A DNA stretch of 64,000 bases from Elusimicrobia bacterium GWF2_62_30 (GTDB lineage Bacteria > Elusimicrobiota > Elusimicrobia > Elusimicrobiales > UBA9959). Below the pieces are notes generated by a model, which worked only from the letters and a program-made list of their open reading frames with translations, was not told where the DNA came from and searched no databases. Every line of letters starts with the position of its first letter. Within the stretch, counting starts at the first letter, position 1. Shown one piece after another: positions 27,118-36,700 of the stretch. The position numbers and the translations under genes are program-made. The stretch lies in NCBI GenBank assembly GCA_001799995.1, contig MGUK01000007.1:25927-89926 (forward strand). Direction: 5' to 3'.

Positions 27118-28416
27118 CTATTGTTTTGAGAAGACTACGGCTTTGATCATTTCGTCCCAGTAGGTGGCCCGGGAGAAGGAGAGGTGTTCGTACTTGGGCT
27201 TGTAGTTCAGGTAGAAGAGGGGGAAATGGATGGACAAGCCGTTGGCGTCCTTTGATTTGTGGCCCACCGCGTCGTTGCGCGCCACGAACTTCCCGGAGAG
27301 GAAAGTAATAACGTCCAGCGCCGACTCCTTCACCGCGGGGGTGCCGGAATTGTCGTAATACAGCTTCATCAGCTGGTACAGGTCGCGCGCGTCCTCGTCG
27401 TCGAAGCTGCGCAGCCCGAACCGCTTATCGTTGTAGATCTTCATGTCCGACGGGGAAGCCGCCACCAGCCGCGCGAACTTGTCGAGCTTGCCCGCCAGCT
27501 CCGCCGCCAGCGCCGGCCGCACAATGGACATGGTCACCGACTGCTGCTTTGAGCCGTAGAATTCCGAGAAGCCCTTCATCACGGCCTGCGCCGCCGCGAA
27601 GGGATCGCCCGGGTTAGCCGTCAGCGCATTCAGGAAAACCTCGTAGTTGTAGCCGCTGCCCGGCGTGGTCTCCTGCGAACCCACTATATACTCCGCCGAA
27701 CTCCTGAGATCGTAGACGAACTCCACCGTCTGCATCAGGCAGGCGTCCGACGCGTAAACGTTCACGCCGCCGCCGGCCTTAATGGCCGCCGCCAGCTCCG
27801 CGGGGGAAATATGGTTATTGGAAACCTCGTCGTAGGAGATGCCCTTGGCCGCGCCGGGAGGGGGCTTAACGCCGCGCCAGCCGCTGCCGTGGCCGCCCAC
27901 TACCAGCAGGTACTTCTTCGCCGGGTAATTGGCTTTGCCCCAGGCTATGAATTCGGCCAGGTGCTTCCAGTCGCCCATGTCCGCGTCGGGAAAATGCGCC
28001 AGCGCCGGGGAGTTGATGGCCAGCGGATCGGTATCCTTCTTTATCAGGAAGCGGCGAGAGCCCGTCCAGTCCGCCTGGGGCGGTACGGGTTCCTGCACGC
28101 TGGCGAACGGGTTGAAATCCGGCTTGCACACTATGCGTCCCATCTCCACGACGACGTTCACCTTGTCCGTGGAACCGGCCGCCTCCATCTCGTTGACGTC
28201 CTTTATGGCCTCCAGCCCCAGGTTATTGCGGGCGCTGACATAAATGAGTACGGTCCATTCTTTGAGCGCCGCCTTGACCGGAGCACCGGGAACGGGGGCC
28301 TCCGCCTTAACTGTTCCAGCGGCGGAAGAAAGTTGTTCAATGGAAAGGGAAAAAGCAAAAGGCGCCTGAGAGAGCAGGAAGAACACCGCGGCGGGAAATA
28401 TGCGCATGGACGACAT
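27118..28416 (-). CDS. Secreted clostripain-like cysteine peptidase (family C11)
   Basis: Signal peptide MSSMRIFPAAVFFLLSQAPFAFS. Catalytic His in LLVVGGHGSGW and Cys in YASDACLMQ. Track ORF trimmed from 28518. Confidence 0.7.
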   Translation of the reverse strand: MSSMRIFPAAVFFLLSQAPFAFSLSIEQLSSAAGTVKAEAPVPGAPVKAALKEWTVLIYVSARNNLGLEAIKDVNEMEAAGSTDKVNVVVEMGRIVCKPDFNPFASVQEPVPPQADWTGSRRFLIKKDTDPLAINSPALAHFPDADMGDWKHLAEFIAWGKANYPAKKYLLVVGGHGSGWRGVKPPPGAAKGISYDEVSNNHISPAELAAAIKAGGGVNVYASDACLMQTVEFVYDLRSSAEYIVGSQETTPGSGYNYEVFLNALTANPGDPFAAAQAVMKGFSEFYGSKQQSVTMSIVRPALAAELAGKLDKFARLVAASPSDMKIYNDKRFGLRSFDDEDARDLYQLMKLYYDNSGTPAVKESALDVITFLSGKFVARNDAVGHKSKDANGLSIHFPLFYLNYKPKYEHLSFSRATYWDEMIKAVVFSKQ

Positions 28417-28603
28417 CGGTAATAGTATATATGCGCGGCGCCCGCGGCACCTGAGCCTTATAGGCCCTCCGCCCCTGGGCCATAAGGGAAGTGTCCGCGC
28501 AGGCCGGCAGATCGCCAAATCAATTCGTGCGAAGGCCCATAAAAATAATAAAATATAGATATAGAAGCGGGCCGGAAAGCCGGCGGCAATTTTAAGGAAC
28601 GCG

Positions 28604-29689
28604 ATGCTCTACTACGCACATTTATTCAGAGACCTCTTCAGTCCCCTCAACGTTTTCCAGTATATCACCTTCAGGGCCGGCGGCGCGGTAATGACCTCCT
28701 TCCTGCTCAGCCTGCTAATAGGCCCCTGGCTCATTGCCAAGTTGCGCTCTTACAAAATAGGCCAGGTACAGCGCACGGACGGCCCCAAGACCCACCTGGC
28801 CAAGCAGGGCACCACCACCATGGGCGGCCTGCTGATCTTCCTGACCCTTATCACCTCCACGCTCCTGTGGGCCCGCATCGACAACCGCTTCATCCTGCTG
28901 CTGCTGTTCACCACCGTGGTGCTCGCTTTTACCGGCTGGATGGACGACTACACCAAGCTGGTTAAGAAGAACCCCAAAGGCGCGTCCTCCGCTTTCAAGT
29001 TCTCGCTGCAGCTTTTCACCGCCATCGTTGTCGCCGGCTACCTGGCCGCCAACCCGCCTAATGCCGGGTATTCAAACCTGCTGTCCATACCCTTCGCCAA
29101 AGAAATGTACCTTAACCTGGGGCTTATGTACGCGGCGCTGGTCATGATAGTCATAATCGGCTCCTCCAACGCGGTCAACCTCACCGACGGCCTGGACGGC
29201 CTGGCGGCCGGCACGATAGTCTTCACGGCGCTGACCTTCGCCATCCTTGCCTATTCCGCCGGCAACGTGAAGCTCGCCTCCTACTTCAAGATCATCTACG
29301 TGGAAGGAGCGGGGGAGATGACCGTTTTCCTTTCCGCCATGATAGGCTCGTGCCTTGGCTTTCTCTGGTATAACGCGCACCCCGCCGAAGTGTTCATGGG
29401 GGACACCAGCTCCCTTTTCCTCGGCGGCACCATCGGCGTGGCCGCCATCGCGACCAAGCAGGAACTGCTGCTGCCCGTGGCCGGCGGGATCTTCCTGCTG
29501 GAGACCCTCTCGGTGATCCTGCAAATGGGCTCCTACAAGCTGCGCAACAAGAAGCGCCTCTTCCTGATGGCGCCGATCCACCATCATTTCGAATTGAAAG
29601 GCATAGCGGAATCCAAGGTGACGATCCGCTTCTGGATAGCCGGGATCATGCTGATGCTGCTGGCCCTGTCGTCGCTGAAGATCCGCTAG
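28604..29689 (+). CDS. mraY: Phospho-N-acetylmuramoyl-pentapeptide transferase
   Basis: TPTMGG-like KQGTTTMGG, NAVNLTDGLDGLA, and MGDTSSLFLGG motifs. Confidence 0.95.
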   Translation: MLYYAHLFRDLFSPLNVFQYITFRAGGAVMTSFLLSLLIGPWLIAKLRSYKIGQVQRTDGPKTHLAKQGTTTMGGLLIFLTLITSTLLWARIDNRFILLLLFTTVVLAFTGWMDDYTKLVKKNPKGASSAFKFSLQLFTAIVVAGYLAANPPNAGYSNLLSIPFAKEMYLNLGLMYAALVMIVIIGSSNAVNLTDGLDGLAAGTIVFTALTFAILAYSAGNVKLASYFKIIYVEGAGEMTVFLSAMIGSCLGFLWYNAHPAEVFMGDTSSLFLGGTIGVAAIATKQELLLPVAGGIFLLETLSVILQMGSYKLRNKKRLFLMAPIHHHFELKGIAESKVTIRFWIAGIMLMLLALSSLKIR

Positions 29690-29698
29690 CCGTACGCT

Positions 29699-31066
29699 AT
29701 GTTCACCCCCGAAGAATTCAAAGGCAAAAAGGCGCTGGTAATAGGCGCCGGGAAGTCCGGCATAGCCTGCGCCAACCTCCTGTACGCCAACGGTTTCCAG
29801 GTCCTGCTCACCGACTCAAAAAAAGCGGGGGAACTGAAAGACCGCCTGAAAAGCCTCTCCCGCAAGGTGAAAGCCGAGACCGGCGGCCATTCCAAAGCGG
29901 TCTTCTCCTGCGGCTTCGCCGTGAAAAGCCCGGGGCTGGCGCACTCCAGCCCGCTTATCGTCGCGCTTAAAAAGAAAGGCATCCCCGTCTTCAGCGAGAT
30001 CGAGACGGCGCTGGCTTTTTCCCGCGCGGGGCGCTTTCTCGCCGTAACGGGCACCAACGGCAAGACCACCACCACCATCCTGCTCGGGGAAATAATGAAC
30101 GCCGCGCTGCGCCCGGCCGCCCGGGCCCTCGTCTGCGGCAATGTCGGCGTACCGGCCGCGGAAGTGGCCGCAAAAGCCCGGGCCGGCGACGCGGTGGTCA
30201 TGGAAGCTTCAAGCTACCAGCTCGAAGACAGTTCGCGCCTGAAGCCCGACGCGGCCTGCGTCCTCAACATCACCCCGGACCACCTCGACCATCACGGCGG
30301 CATGGCCGCCTACGTCAAGGCCAAGGCAAATATCTTCAGGTACCAGGCCCCGTCGGGCTGCTGCGTTTTTAATTACGAGGACGCGCGCTGCCGCCGCCTC
30401 GCGAAGCGCTGCCCTTCGCAAGTCCTTTTCTTTTCCTCGAAGCGCCGGGGCGCCCGGCTCAGCGCCTGGACGGAAGACGGCAGCCTTAAATTCCGCAGCG
30501 GCGTGAAAACGGTAAAGATAGAGCCGCCGGCCCTGCCCGGAGCGCATAATCTGGAGAACGCCATGTGCGCGGGCCTGATGGCGTTGCACCAGGGCGTGAA
30601 ACCGGCGGTCATCGGCAAAGTGTTTTCCGCTTTCAAAGGCGTTGAGCACCGCATCGAACCGGCCGGGAAGATAAAAGGCGTTTCCTTCATAAACGATTCC
30701 AAAGCGACCAACGTGGATTCCACCGTGGTGGCGCTGAAGGCCCTGGGGGAAAAGCGCAACATCTGGCTGATACTGGGCGGCCAGGACAAAGGCAATCCCT
30801 ACGAGCCGCTGACGCCGCTGATCAGGAAAAGCGTGAAAGCCGTGGTAACCATAGGCGCGGCCGCCGCGAAAATAGAACGCGAGCTGGCCGGAACGGCCCC
30901 GCTGATAACCGCCGCGACCATGGAGAACGCCTGCCGGGAGATACTGCAGCTGGCCTCGCCGGGCGACATCGCCCTTTTTTCGCCGGCCTGCGCTTCGTTC
31001 GACCAGTTCAGGGATTTTGAAGACCGCGGCCGCAGTTTCAAGGCGCTGGTAAAGGAGCTCCGATGA
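29699..31066 (+). CDS. murD: UDP-N-acetylmuramoylalanine--D-glutamate ligase
   Basis: VIGAGKSGIA Rossmann motif, VTGTNGKTTTT P-loop, and NDSKATN. Confidence 0.9.
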   Translation: MFTPEEFKGKKALVIGAGKSGIACANLLYANGFQVLLTDSKKAGELKDRLKSLSRKVKAETGGHSKAVFSCGFAVKSPGLAHSSPLIVALKKKGIPVFSEIETALAFSRAGRFLAVTGTNGKTTTTILLGEIMNAALRPAARALVCGNVGVPAAEVAAKARAGDAVVMEASSYQLEDSSRLKPDAACVLNITPDHLDHHGGMAAYVKAKANIFRYQAPSGCCVFNYEDARCRRLAKRCPSQVLFFSSKRRGARLSAWTEDGSLKFRSGVKTVKIEPPALPGAHNLENAMCAGLMALHQGVKPAVIGKVFSAFKGVEHRIEPAGKIKGVSFINDSKATNVDSTVVALKALGEKRNIWLILGGQDKGNPYEPLTPLIRKSVKAVVTIGAAAAKIERELAGTAPLITAATMENACREILQLASPGDIALFSPACASFDQFRDFEDRGRSFKALVKELR

Positions 31067-32253
31067 GCTTCCAGGGTCGCGGCGCGGTATCCGCCAACCC
31101 GGGGCGCGGGGGGGATCTTTCCGGCCGGCGCGCCATTTCCTACAACACCATCTCCAACCGCAGCCTTAAATACATCAACTACCCGGTTCTTTTCATCGTC
31201 CTCATGCTGCTGCTGCTGGGCCTGGTCTCGCTCTTTTCGGCCAGCGCCATCTACGCCGAGAACAAAGGGCTCGGCGCGCTCTTCTACACCAAGCGCCAGG
31301 GCCTGTGGATCCTGATGGGCCTGGGCCTGGCCGCCGCGGCCGCCAGGGCCGACCTGGAAAAACTGCGGGAATACATCAAGCCCGTCTTCGCCGTGACCGC
31401 GCTGCTGCTGCTGATAACCCTGTTCATGCCGCCTATCGCGAAAGTGCGCCGCTGGATCCCGCTCGGCTTCATGAAGCTGCAGATGAGCGAGTTCGCCAAG
31501 GTGGCCGTGGTGCTGTACCTGGCCGATTTCTTCGACAGGAACATAAGCACGATTCAGACGGACTGGCGCCGCATGATAAAACCGTTCTGCGCCGTCTGCG
31601 TGATCCTGCTGCTGATCGCCGTCGAGCCGGACCTGGGCACGCCCGTGCTGCTCTTCGGCGTGACGATGTTCCTCTTCTTCTCGGCGGGGATAAAGCTGCG
31701 CTTCATCCTGGGCCCGGTCCTGGCGGCCCTTCCTGTCGTCGTCCTTGCCATCGTCTTCAACTCCTACCGGCTGGCCCGCCTTAAGACCTTCCTCTCCCCG
31801 TTCGAGAACATCAAAGGCACCGGGTACCAGCTCTCGCAGTCGCTGCTGGCGGTAGGCTCGGGCGGCTGGTTCGGCAAGGGGCTGGGCGGCTCGCAGCTGA
31901 AGCTCCTCTACCTGCCGGAGGCCCACACGGATTTCATCTTCCCCATCTTTGCCGAGGAGATGGGCCTGGCGGGGACCCTGCTCGTCGTGGGGCTTTTTAC
32001 CGCGCTGCTGGTAAAGGGGGCCCGCATAGCCCGCAACGCCCCCAGCCTTTACACGGCCCTGGCGGCTTTCGGTTTTACCCTCGTGATAACGCTGCAGGCC
32101 TTCTTCAATATGTCGATGGCGATCGGCCTGATCCCGACGAAGGGCATCCCGCTGCCTTTCTTCTCCTACGGCGGCTCCTCCATCCTGGCCTCGCTGCTTA
32201 TGACGGGGATAATACTCAACGTCTCGGCGCACAGGAGCGGCACACGATGCTAG
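31063..32253 (+). CDS. ftsW: Peptidoglycan glycosyltransferase FtsW (SEDS family)
   Basis: SEDS motifs QMSEFAKV, EPDLGT, LPEAHTDFIF and PLPFFSYGGSS. The start could be further downstream. Confidence 0.88.
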   Translation: MSFQGRGAVSANPGRGGDLSGRRAISYNTISNRSLKYINYPVLFIVLMLLLLGLVSLFSASAIYAENKGLGALFYTKRQGLWILMGLGLAAAAARADLEKLREYIKPVFAVTALLLLITLFMPPIAKVRRWIPLGFMKLQMSEFAKVAVVLYLADFFDRNISTIQTDWRRMIKPFCAVCVILLLIAVEPDLGTPVLLFGVTMFLFFSAGIKLRFILGPVLAALPVVVLAIVFNSYRLARLKTFLSPFENIKGTGYQLSQSLLAVGSGGWFGKGLGGSQLKLLYLPEAHTDFIFPIFAEEMGLAGTLLVVGLFTALLVKGARIARNAPSLYTALAAFGFTLVITLQAFFNMSMAIGLIPTKGIPLPFFSYGGSSILASLLMTGIILNVSAHRSGTRC

Positions 32254-33359
32254 GGAAACGGCGCATACTTATAGCTTCCGGCGGGACCGGCGGGCATTTT
32301 TATCCCGGCTTCGCGCTGGCGGCCGAACTGCGCGGCCGCGGCTGGCAGGTGCTGTTCCTGGTGAAAAAAGAGGACATCTCCATCCCCGCCCTGCGGAAAG
32401 CCGATTTCCCCTACGCGGAAACGGACATGACCTCCCTGCCGCGCTCCCTGAACCCCGCGGCGCACGTCTCTTTCTTTTTCAAGTTCTTAGGCTCCCTGGC
32501 GCTCGCGCGCCGGGTGATCGCCGACTTCCGGCCGGACGCGGTACTGGGCACGGGGAGCTACATAGCCTTTCCCGCCGTGCTGGCCGCGCGCCTGGCCGGC
32601 GTCAAGTCGTACATCCACGAGTCCAACGCCATCTTCGGGCTGGGCAACCGCCTGGCCGGCGGCTTCTGTAATAGAGCCGCGCTGGGCCTGCCGATAGAGA
32701 ACAACGCTTTCGCGGCCAGGTCCGCGCTGACAGGCACGCCGATACGCGAGGATTTTGCCTCTGCGCCCGGCGCCAGACAGGCCCGGGAAGCCCTGGGCCT
32801 GGAGCCGGATAAATTCACGGTGCTGCTCTTCGGGGGAAGCCAGGGCGCCCGCCGGCTCAACGACGCCATGATAAAAAGCGCCGCCGCCCTGAAAGGCGGG
32901 TTCCAGCTCATACACATCGCGGGCAGGAAGAACCTGGAAGCTGTAAGCGCCGCCTACGCCGCCTCCGGGCTGGCCGGCGCCCCCTGGCTGAAGCTTTTCG
33001 ACTACAGGGAAGATATGCCGCTGCTCTACGCCGCGGCCGATCTGGTGCTGTCGCGCTCGGGAGCGGGCACGGTAGCCGAGCTGGCCGCCCTGAAGAAACC
33101 CGCCATTCTTTCGCCGCTGCCCTCCTCCGCCGCAGGACACCAGAAGGCCAACGCCCTGGTCCTGGCCTCGCGGGGCGCGGCCGTCTGCCTGGACGAAGGG
33201 CCGGATTTCGACTCCGACCTGCGGAGAACGCTGGGAGAATTCCTCGCCGCCCCGGCGCGCACCGCGGAAATGGCGGACAATTTCGGAAAGATTGGAATAC
33301 CGGACGGCCGCAAAGCGGCCGCCCTGCTTGCCGACATCATAGAAGAAAAGCAAGCCTGA
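32247..33359 (+). CDS. murG: UDP-N-acetylglucosamine--N-acetylmuramyl-(pentapeptide) pyrophosphoryl-undecaprenol GlcNAc transferase
   Basis: ILIASGGTGGHFYPGFALA, SRSGAGTVAELAALKKPAIL and HQKANA motifs. Confidence 0.9.
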   Translation: MLGKRRILIASGGTGGHFYPGFALAAELRGRGWQVLFLVKKEDISIPALRKADFPYAETDMTSLPRSLNPAAHVSFFFKFLGSLALARRVIADFRPDAVLGTGSYIAFPAVLAARLAGVKSYIHESNAIFGLGNRLAGGFCNRAALGLPIENNAFAARSALTGTPIREDFASAPGARQAREALGLEPDKFTVLLFGGSQGARRLNDAMIKSAAALKGGFQLIHIAGRKNLEAVSAAYAASGLAGAPWLKLFDYREDMPLLYAAADLVLSRSGAGTVAELAALKKPAILSPLPSSAAGHQKANALVLASRGAAVCLDEGPDFDSDLRRTLGEFLAAPARTAEMADNFGKIGIPDGRKAAALLADIIEEKQA

Positions 33360-33375
33360 CACAGGAGGGATTATC

Positions 33376-34491
33376 ATGGAAATAGAAAAAGGCGCCAAGT
33401 GGGTTAAGTTCGGGACCATGGAAGATTTCATGCGCGACGTGCTCAAAGGCATCGGCGTGCCCGCCGCGGACGCCGCCGTCTGCGCCGACGTGCTGATAAC
33501 GGCCGACAAGTTCGGCATAGACTCGCACGGTGTTTCGCGCCTCAAGCCGATCTATTATGACCGCATCAAACAGGGCATACAGCTGCCGAAGACCCGTTTC
33601 GAGATAGTGAAGGAAACCCCGACGACCGCGGTTATCGACGGGCACAACGGCATGGGCCACGTTATCGCCAAGCGCGCGATGGAGATCGCCGTGAAGAAGG
33701 CGAAGAAATACGGCCTCGGCATGACCGCCGTGCGCAACTCCACGCATTACGGCATAGCGGGCTATCACGCGCTCCTGGCGGCCAAGGCCGGCATGATCGG
33801 CATCACCGGCACCAACGCCCGCCCGTCCGTGGCGCCCACCTTCGGCGTAGAGAACATGATGGGCACCAACCCCTTGACGTTCGCGATCCCCACCGACGAG
33901 AAGTTCCCGTTCCTGCTCGATTGCGCCACTTCCATCACGCAGCGCGGCAAGATCGAGGTCTACGCCAAGCTCGGCAAGAAGATGCCCAAGGGCTGGGTGA
34001 TAGACGATAAGGGCAATTCCAAGACCGATTCCGTCGCCGTGCTCAGGGACCTGGTGGCCGGCACGGCCGCGCTGGTGCCCGTAGGCGGCATAGGCGAGGA
34101 GCTGGGCGGCTACAAAGGCTACGGCTACTGCGCCGTGGTGGAGATACTTTCCGCGGCGCTGCAGGATGGCGCCTATATGAAGATGCTGCTGGGCGTGGAC
34201 AAAAAGGGGAAGAAGATCCCTTACCCGCTGGGACATTTCTTCCTCGCCATAAACATAGAGGCTTTTACCGCCCTGCGCTCCTTCAAGAAGACCGCGGGCG
34301 GCATCCTGCGGGAACTGCGCGCTTCCAGGAAGATGCCCGGCGCGAAGCGGATCTATACGGCGGGGGAGAAAGAGCACCTCGCGTGGCTGTACCGCAAGGA
34401 CCGCGGCGTACCGCTCAACAAGGAAACGCAGAAAGAGATCCTGCAGATGCAGGCCGAGCTGGGGCTGAAGAAATACAAGTTCCGCTTCTAA
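33376..34491 (+). CDS. Ldh_2 family (malate/L-lactate/sulfolactate-type) dehydrogenase
   Basis: DSHGVSRL, NSTHYGIAGYH and GGYKGYGY motifs are typical of the Ldh_2 family. Good RBS (GGAGGG). Confidence 0.75.
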   Translation: MEIEKGAKWVKFGTMEDFMRDVLKGIGVPAADAAVCADVLITADKFGIDSHGVSRLKPIYYDRIKQGIQLPKTRFEIVKETPTTAVIDGHNGMGHVIAKRAMEIAVKKAKKYGLGMTAVRNSTHYGIAGYHALLAAKAGMIGITGTNARPSVAPTFGVENMMGTNPLTFAIPTDEKFPFLLDCATSITQRGKIEVYAKLGKKMPKGWVIDDKGNSKTDSVAVLRDLVAGTAALVPVGGIGEELGGYKGYGYCAVVEILSAALQDGAYMKMLLGVDKKGKKIPYPLGHFFLAINIEAFTALRSFKKTAGGILRELRASRKMPGAKRIYTAGEKEHLAWLYRKDRGVPLNKETQKEILQMQAELGLKKYKFRF

Positions 34492-34515
34492 GCGCCTGTC
34501 CTGCCGGGGGGGTAT

Positions 34516-35487
34516 ATGCTGGACGAAGAATCAAAGGCGAGATCCGCGTTTTACGCCGGGCTGATGCTGTTTTTTTTCGTGCTCGGCGGACGCGCCCTCC
34601 AACTGGAGCCGGTGAGCAGCCAGTTCTTCGTCTTTTCCTCCTGGACCTGCCTGCTCCTGGTCAGCGCGGTGCTCTACTGGGTAAAAGGCAGCTCGCCGCT
34701 GGTTTCCCGCACCGGGGAGTTTTTCGTGCTGGCGTTCTGGTCCGCTTTCTTCGGCGCGTGCTTCGAATTGTTTAACCTGCGGCTGCGCCTGTGGCAGTAT
34801 ACTTCCCAGCCTTTCACTCTGTCCACCCGCTGGACCGGCCATGTCCTGTCCTGGGCCGTCATGCTGCCCTTCCTTTTCACCCTCACCGAATTCCTCTCCG
34901 TCTACAGGCCCTTCCGCAGGATAAGAACCCCGGCGTTCCGGCTGGGTAAGGGCAGCGCCCGCGTAATGTACGCGTCCGGAGCTGTAATGCTTGCCCTGGC
35001 CCTGGCGCTGCCGAAGTTCTTTTCGCCGCTGCTCTGCTGCGCTTTCCTCCTGCCCGCGGAAGCCCTTAACCTGCGCCTGGGCCTGCCCTCGCTCCTGCGG
35101 GAACTCCAAGCGGGACTGCCGGAAAAGACCTTGAACCTCCTGGCCTCCGGGACCCTAGCCGGCCTGCTCTGGAACTACTGGAACAGCCTGGCCGGAGCGA
35201 AGTGGGCATACTTCGTCGGTTTCAACGCCGGCACGTCCCTGGCCGGCCTTCCCGCCGCGGGCTGCGCCGCCTTCGCGCTGTTCGCGCTCCAGTCTTACGC
35301 CCTCTGCAGCCTGGCCTCCTACACCCGGGCCGGGAAAAACTGGGAGGAGGGAACCTGGACGATGCCCGGCGAGCGGCCGCATCACTTGCTGCCCCTGGCT
35401 TCTTACCTGCTGGTTATTATTACCTTATATATAGCGCTGCGCGCGGTGGACGCGCGCTCTACCGCCGTATTCCTCGGCTGGATCTGA
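34516..35487 (+). CDS. Hypothetical polytopic membrane protein
   Basis: Eight or so hydrophobic helices. No recognised motif. Confidence 0.5.
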   Translation: MLDEESKARSAFYAGLMLFFFVLGGRALQLEPVSSQFFVFSSWTCLLLVSAVLYWVKGSSPLVSRTGEFFVLAFWSAFFGACFELFNLRLRLWQYTSQPFTLSTRWTGHVLSWAVMLPFLFTLTEFLSVYRPFRRIRTPAFRLGKGSARVMYASGAVMLALALALPKFFSPLLCCAFLLPAEALNLRLGLPSLLRELQAGLPEKTLNLLASGTLAGLLWNYWNSLAGAKWAYFVGFNAGTSLAGLPAAGCAAFALFALQSYALCSLASYTRAGKNWEEGTWTMPGERPHHLLPLASYLLVIITLYIALRAVDARSTAVFLGWI

Positions 35488-35556
35488 TCCGCCTTTACCC
35501 TAAAGACCCAGGCCGCACATGGGCCCATTGGCCGCGCGGCATGGGCCGCACGGGCA

Positions 35557-35585
35557 TTGACATTTATCAACCCCGGCTGTATAAC
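35557..35585 (+). promoter_or_regulatory. Candidate sigma70-type promoter
   Basis: Consensus TTGACA (35557-35562), 17-nt spacer, TATAAC (35580-35585), about 50 nt upstream of the protease gene with a GGAGGA RBS. Confidence 0.55.
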
Positions 35586-35637
35586 ATAGTGGCAAAATAT
35601 TGCGGCTGCCATAAAACAAGGACGATCCGGAGGAGTT

Positions 35638-36633
35638 ATGAAAAACCTTATGAACCTCACGCTGAGCGCAACAGTACTGCTCGCGCTTCCCATGCTTTCT
35701 TTCTCCGCGGGAAAGAGCATCTACGGCGCCGACAACCGGCTGGATTATTTCGAATCCGCCGCGGACATGCAGACCCTTTCGGATTCCGTGGTCTCCTTCT
35801 GGAAATCCGCGAAGGTGACGGAGGCCGGCGGCAAGTACAAACTTTCCACCAGGCCCTTTAAAGACGCGATGAAGCTCTGTCCCGGCGAGAAGTTCGAGGA
35901 CCAGCCCATCGGCGCCTTCTGCTCCGGCTCGCTGGTGGGGGAAGACATGGTGATGACGGCCGGCCACTGCATAAAGACCGAAGCGGACTGCAAGGACGTC
36001 AAGCTGGTGTTCGGCTACAATGTGGGCAAAGCCGGCGCGGCGGCGACCACCACTATCGCCAAGAGCGAAGTGTACGGCTGCTCCAAGATAGTGAAGCGCT
36101 TCCTGGGCGGCGAACCCGGCTCGGCCAATCCCGCGGGACAGAGCCTCGGCCCGGACTACGCGCTGCTCAAGCTTGACCGCAAAGTTACCGGCCACAAGCC
36201 CCTTCCCGTCAACAGGGCGCAGAACCTCAAGAAGGGAGAAAAGATGTTCGTGATCGGCCACCCCGTAGGCCTGCCGCTCAAGGTTGCCGCCGGCGCTTCT
36301 GTGCGCGACGCGGGTAAGATCGGCTACTTCGTAGCCGACCTGGACACCTTCGGCGGGAATTCCGGCTCCCCGGTCTTCAACACCGCCACGAAGAAGATCG
36401 AGGGCATCCTGGTGCGCGGCGACACGGACTTCATAAAGAGCCCGGCCGGCTGCACCACGATGGCCACTTATGAACAGACCAGCGGGCGCGGAGAGGACGT
36501 GACCAAGATCTCCGTGGTCACCGCCGATATCCCCAGGCTGGCCGGCGAGAAAGCGGAGACCGAGTATATAGACGTGGCTCCGACCCCCGGCCGCTACATA
36601 GCGGCGCCTGACGCGACTTCGGTCAGGTTCTGA
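35638..36633 (+). CDS. Secreted trypsin-like serine protease (S1, V8/Glu-endopeptidase-like)
   Basis: Signal peptide. Catalytic triad contexts TAGHC, DYALLKL and GGNSGSPVF. Confidence 0.75.
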   Translation: MKNLMNLTLSATVLLALPMLSFSAGKSIYGADNRLDYFESAADMQTLSDSVVSFWKSAKVTEAGGKYKLSTRPFKDAMKLCPGEKFEDQPIGAFCSGSLVGEDMVMTAGHCIKTEADCKDVKLVFGYNVGKAGAAATTTIAKSEVYGCSKIVKRFLGGEPGSANPAGQSLGPDYALLKLDRKVTGHKPLPVNRAQNLKKGEKMFVIGHPVGLPLKVAAGASVRDAGKIGYFVADLDTFGGNSGSPVFNTATKKIEGILVRGDTDFIKSPAGCTTMATYEQTSGRGEDVTKISVVTADIPRLAGEKAETEYIDVAPTPGRYIAAPDATSVRF

Positions 36634-36650
36634 CAGATCGGGCTAAGATG

Positions 36651-36686
36651 AAAAGAGACCCCCCTGCGACGGGGGGTCTTTTTTTT
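36651..36686. terminator. Bidirectional rho-independent terminator
   Basis: aaaa-gacccccc-tgcgac-ggggggtc-tttttttt. Sits between convergent genes, with an A-run and a T-run flanking the stem. Confidence 0.8.
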
Positions 36687-36700
36687 GCCGCGGAATGTTT

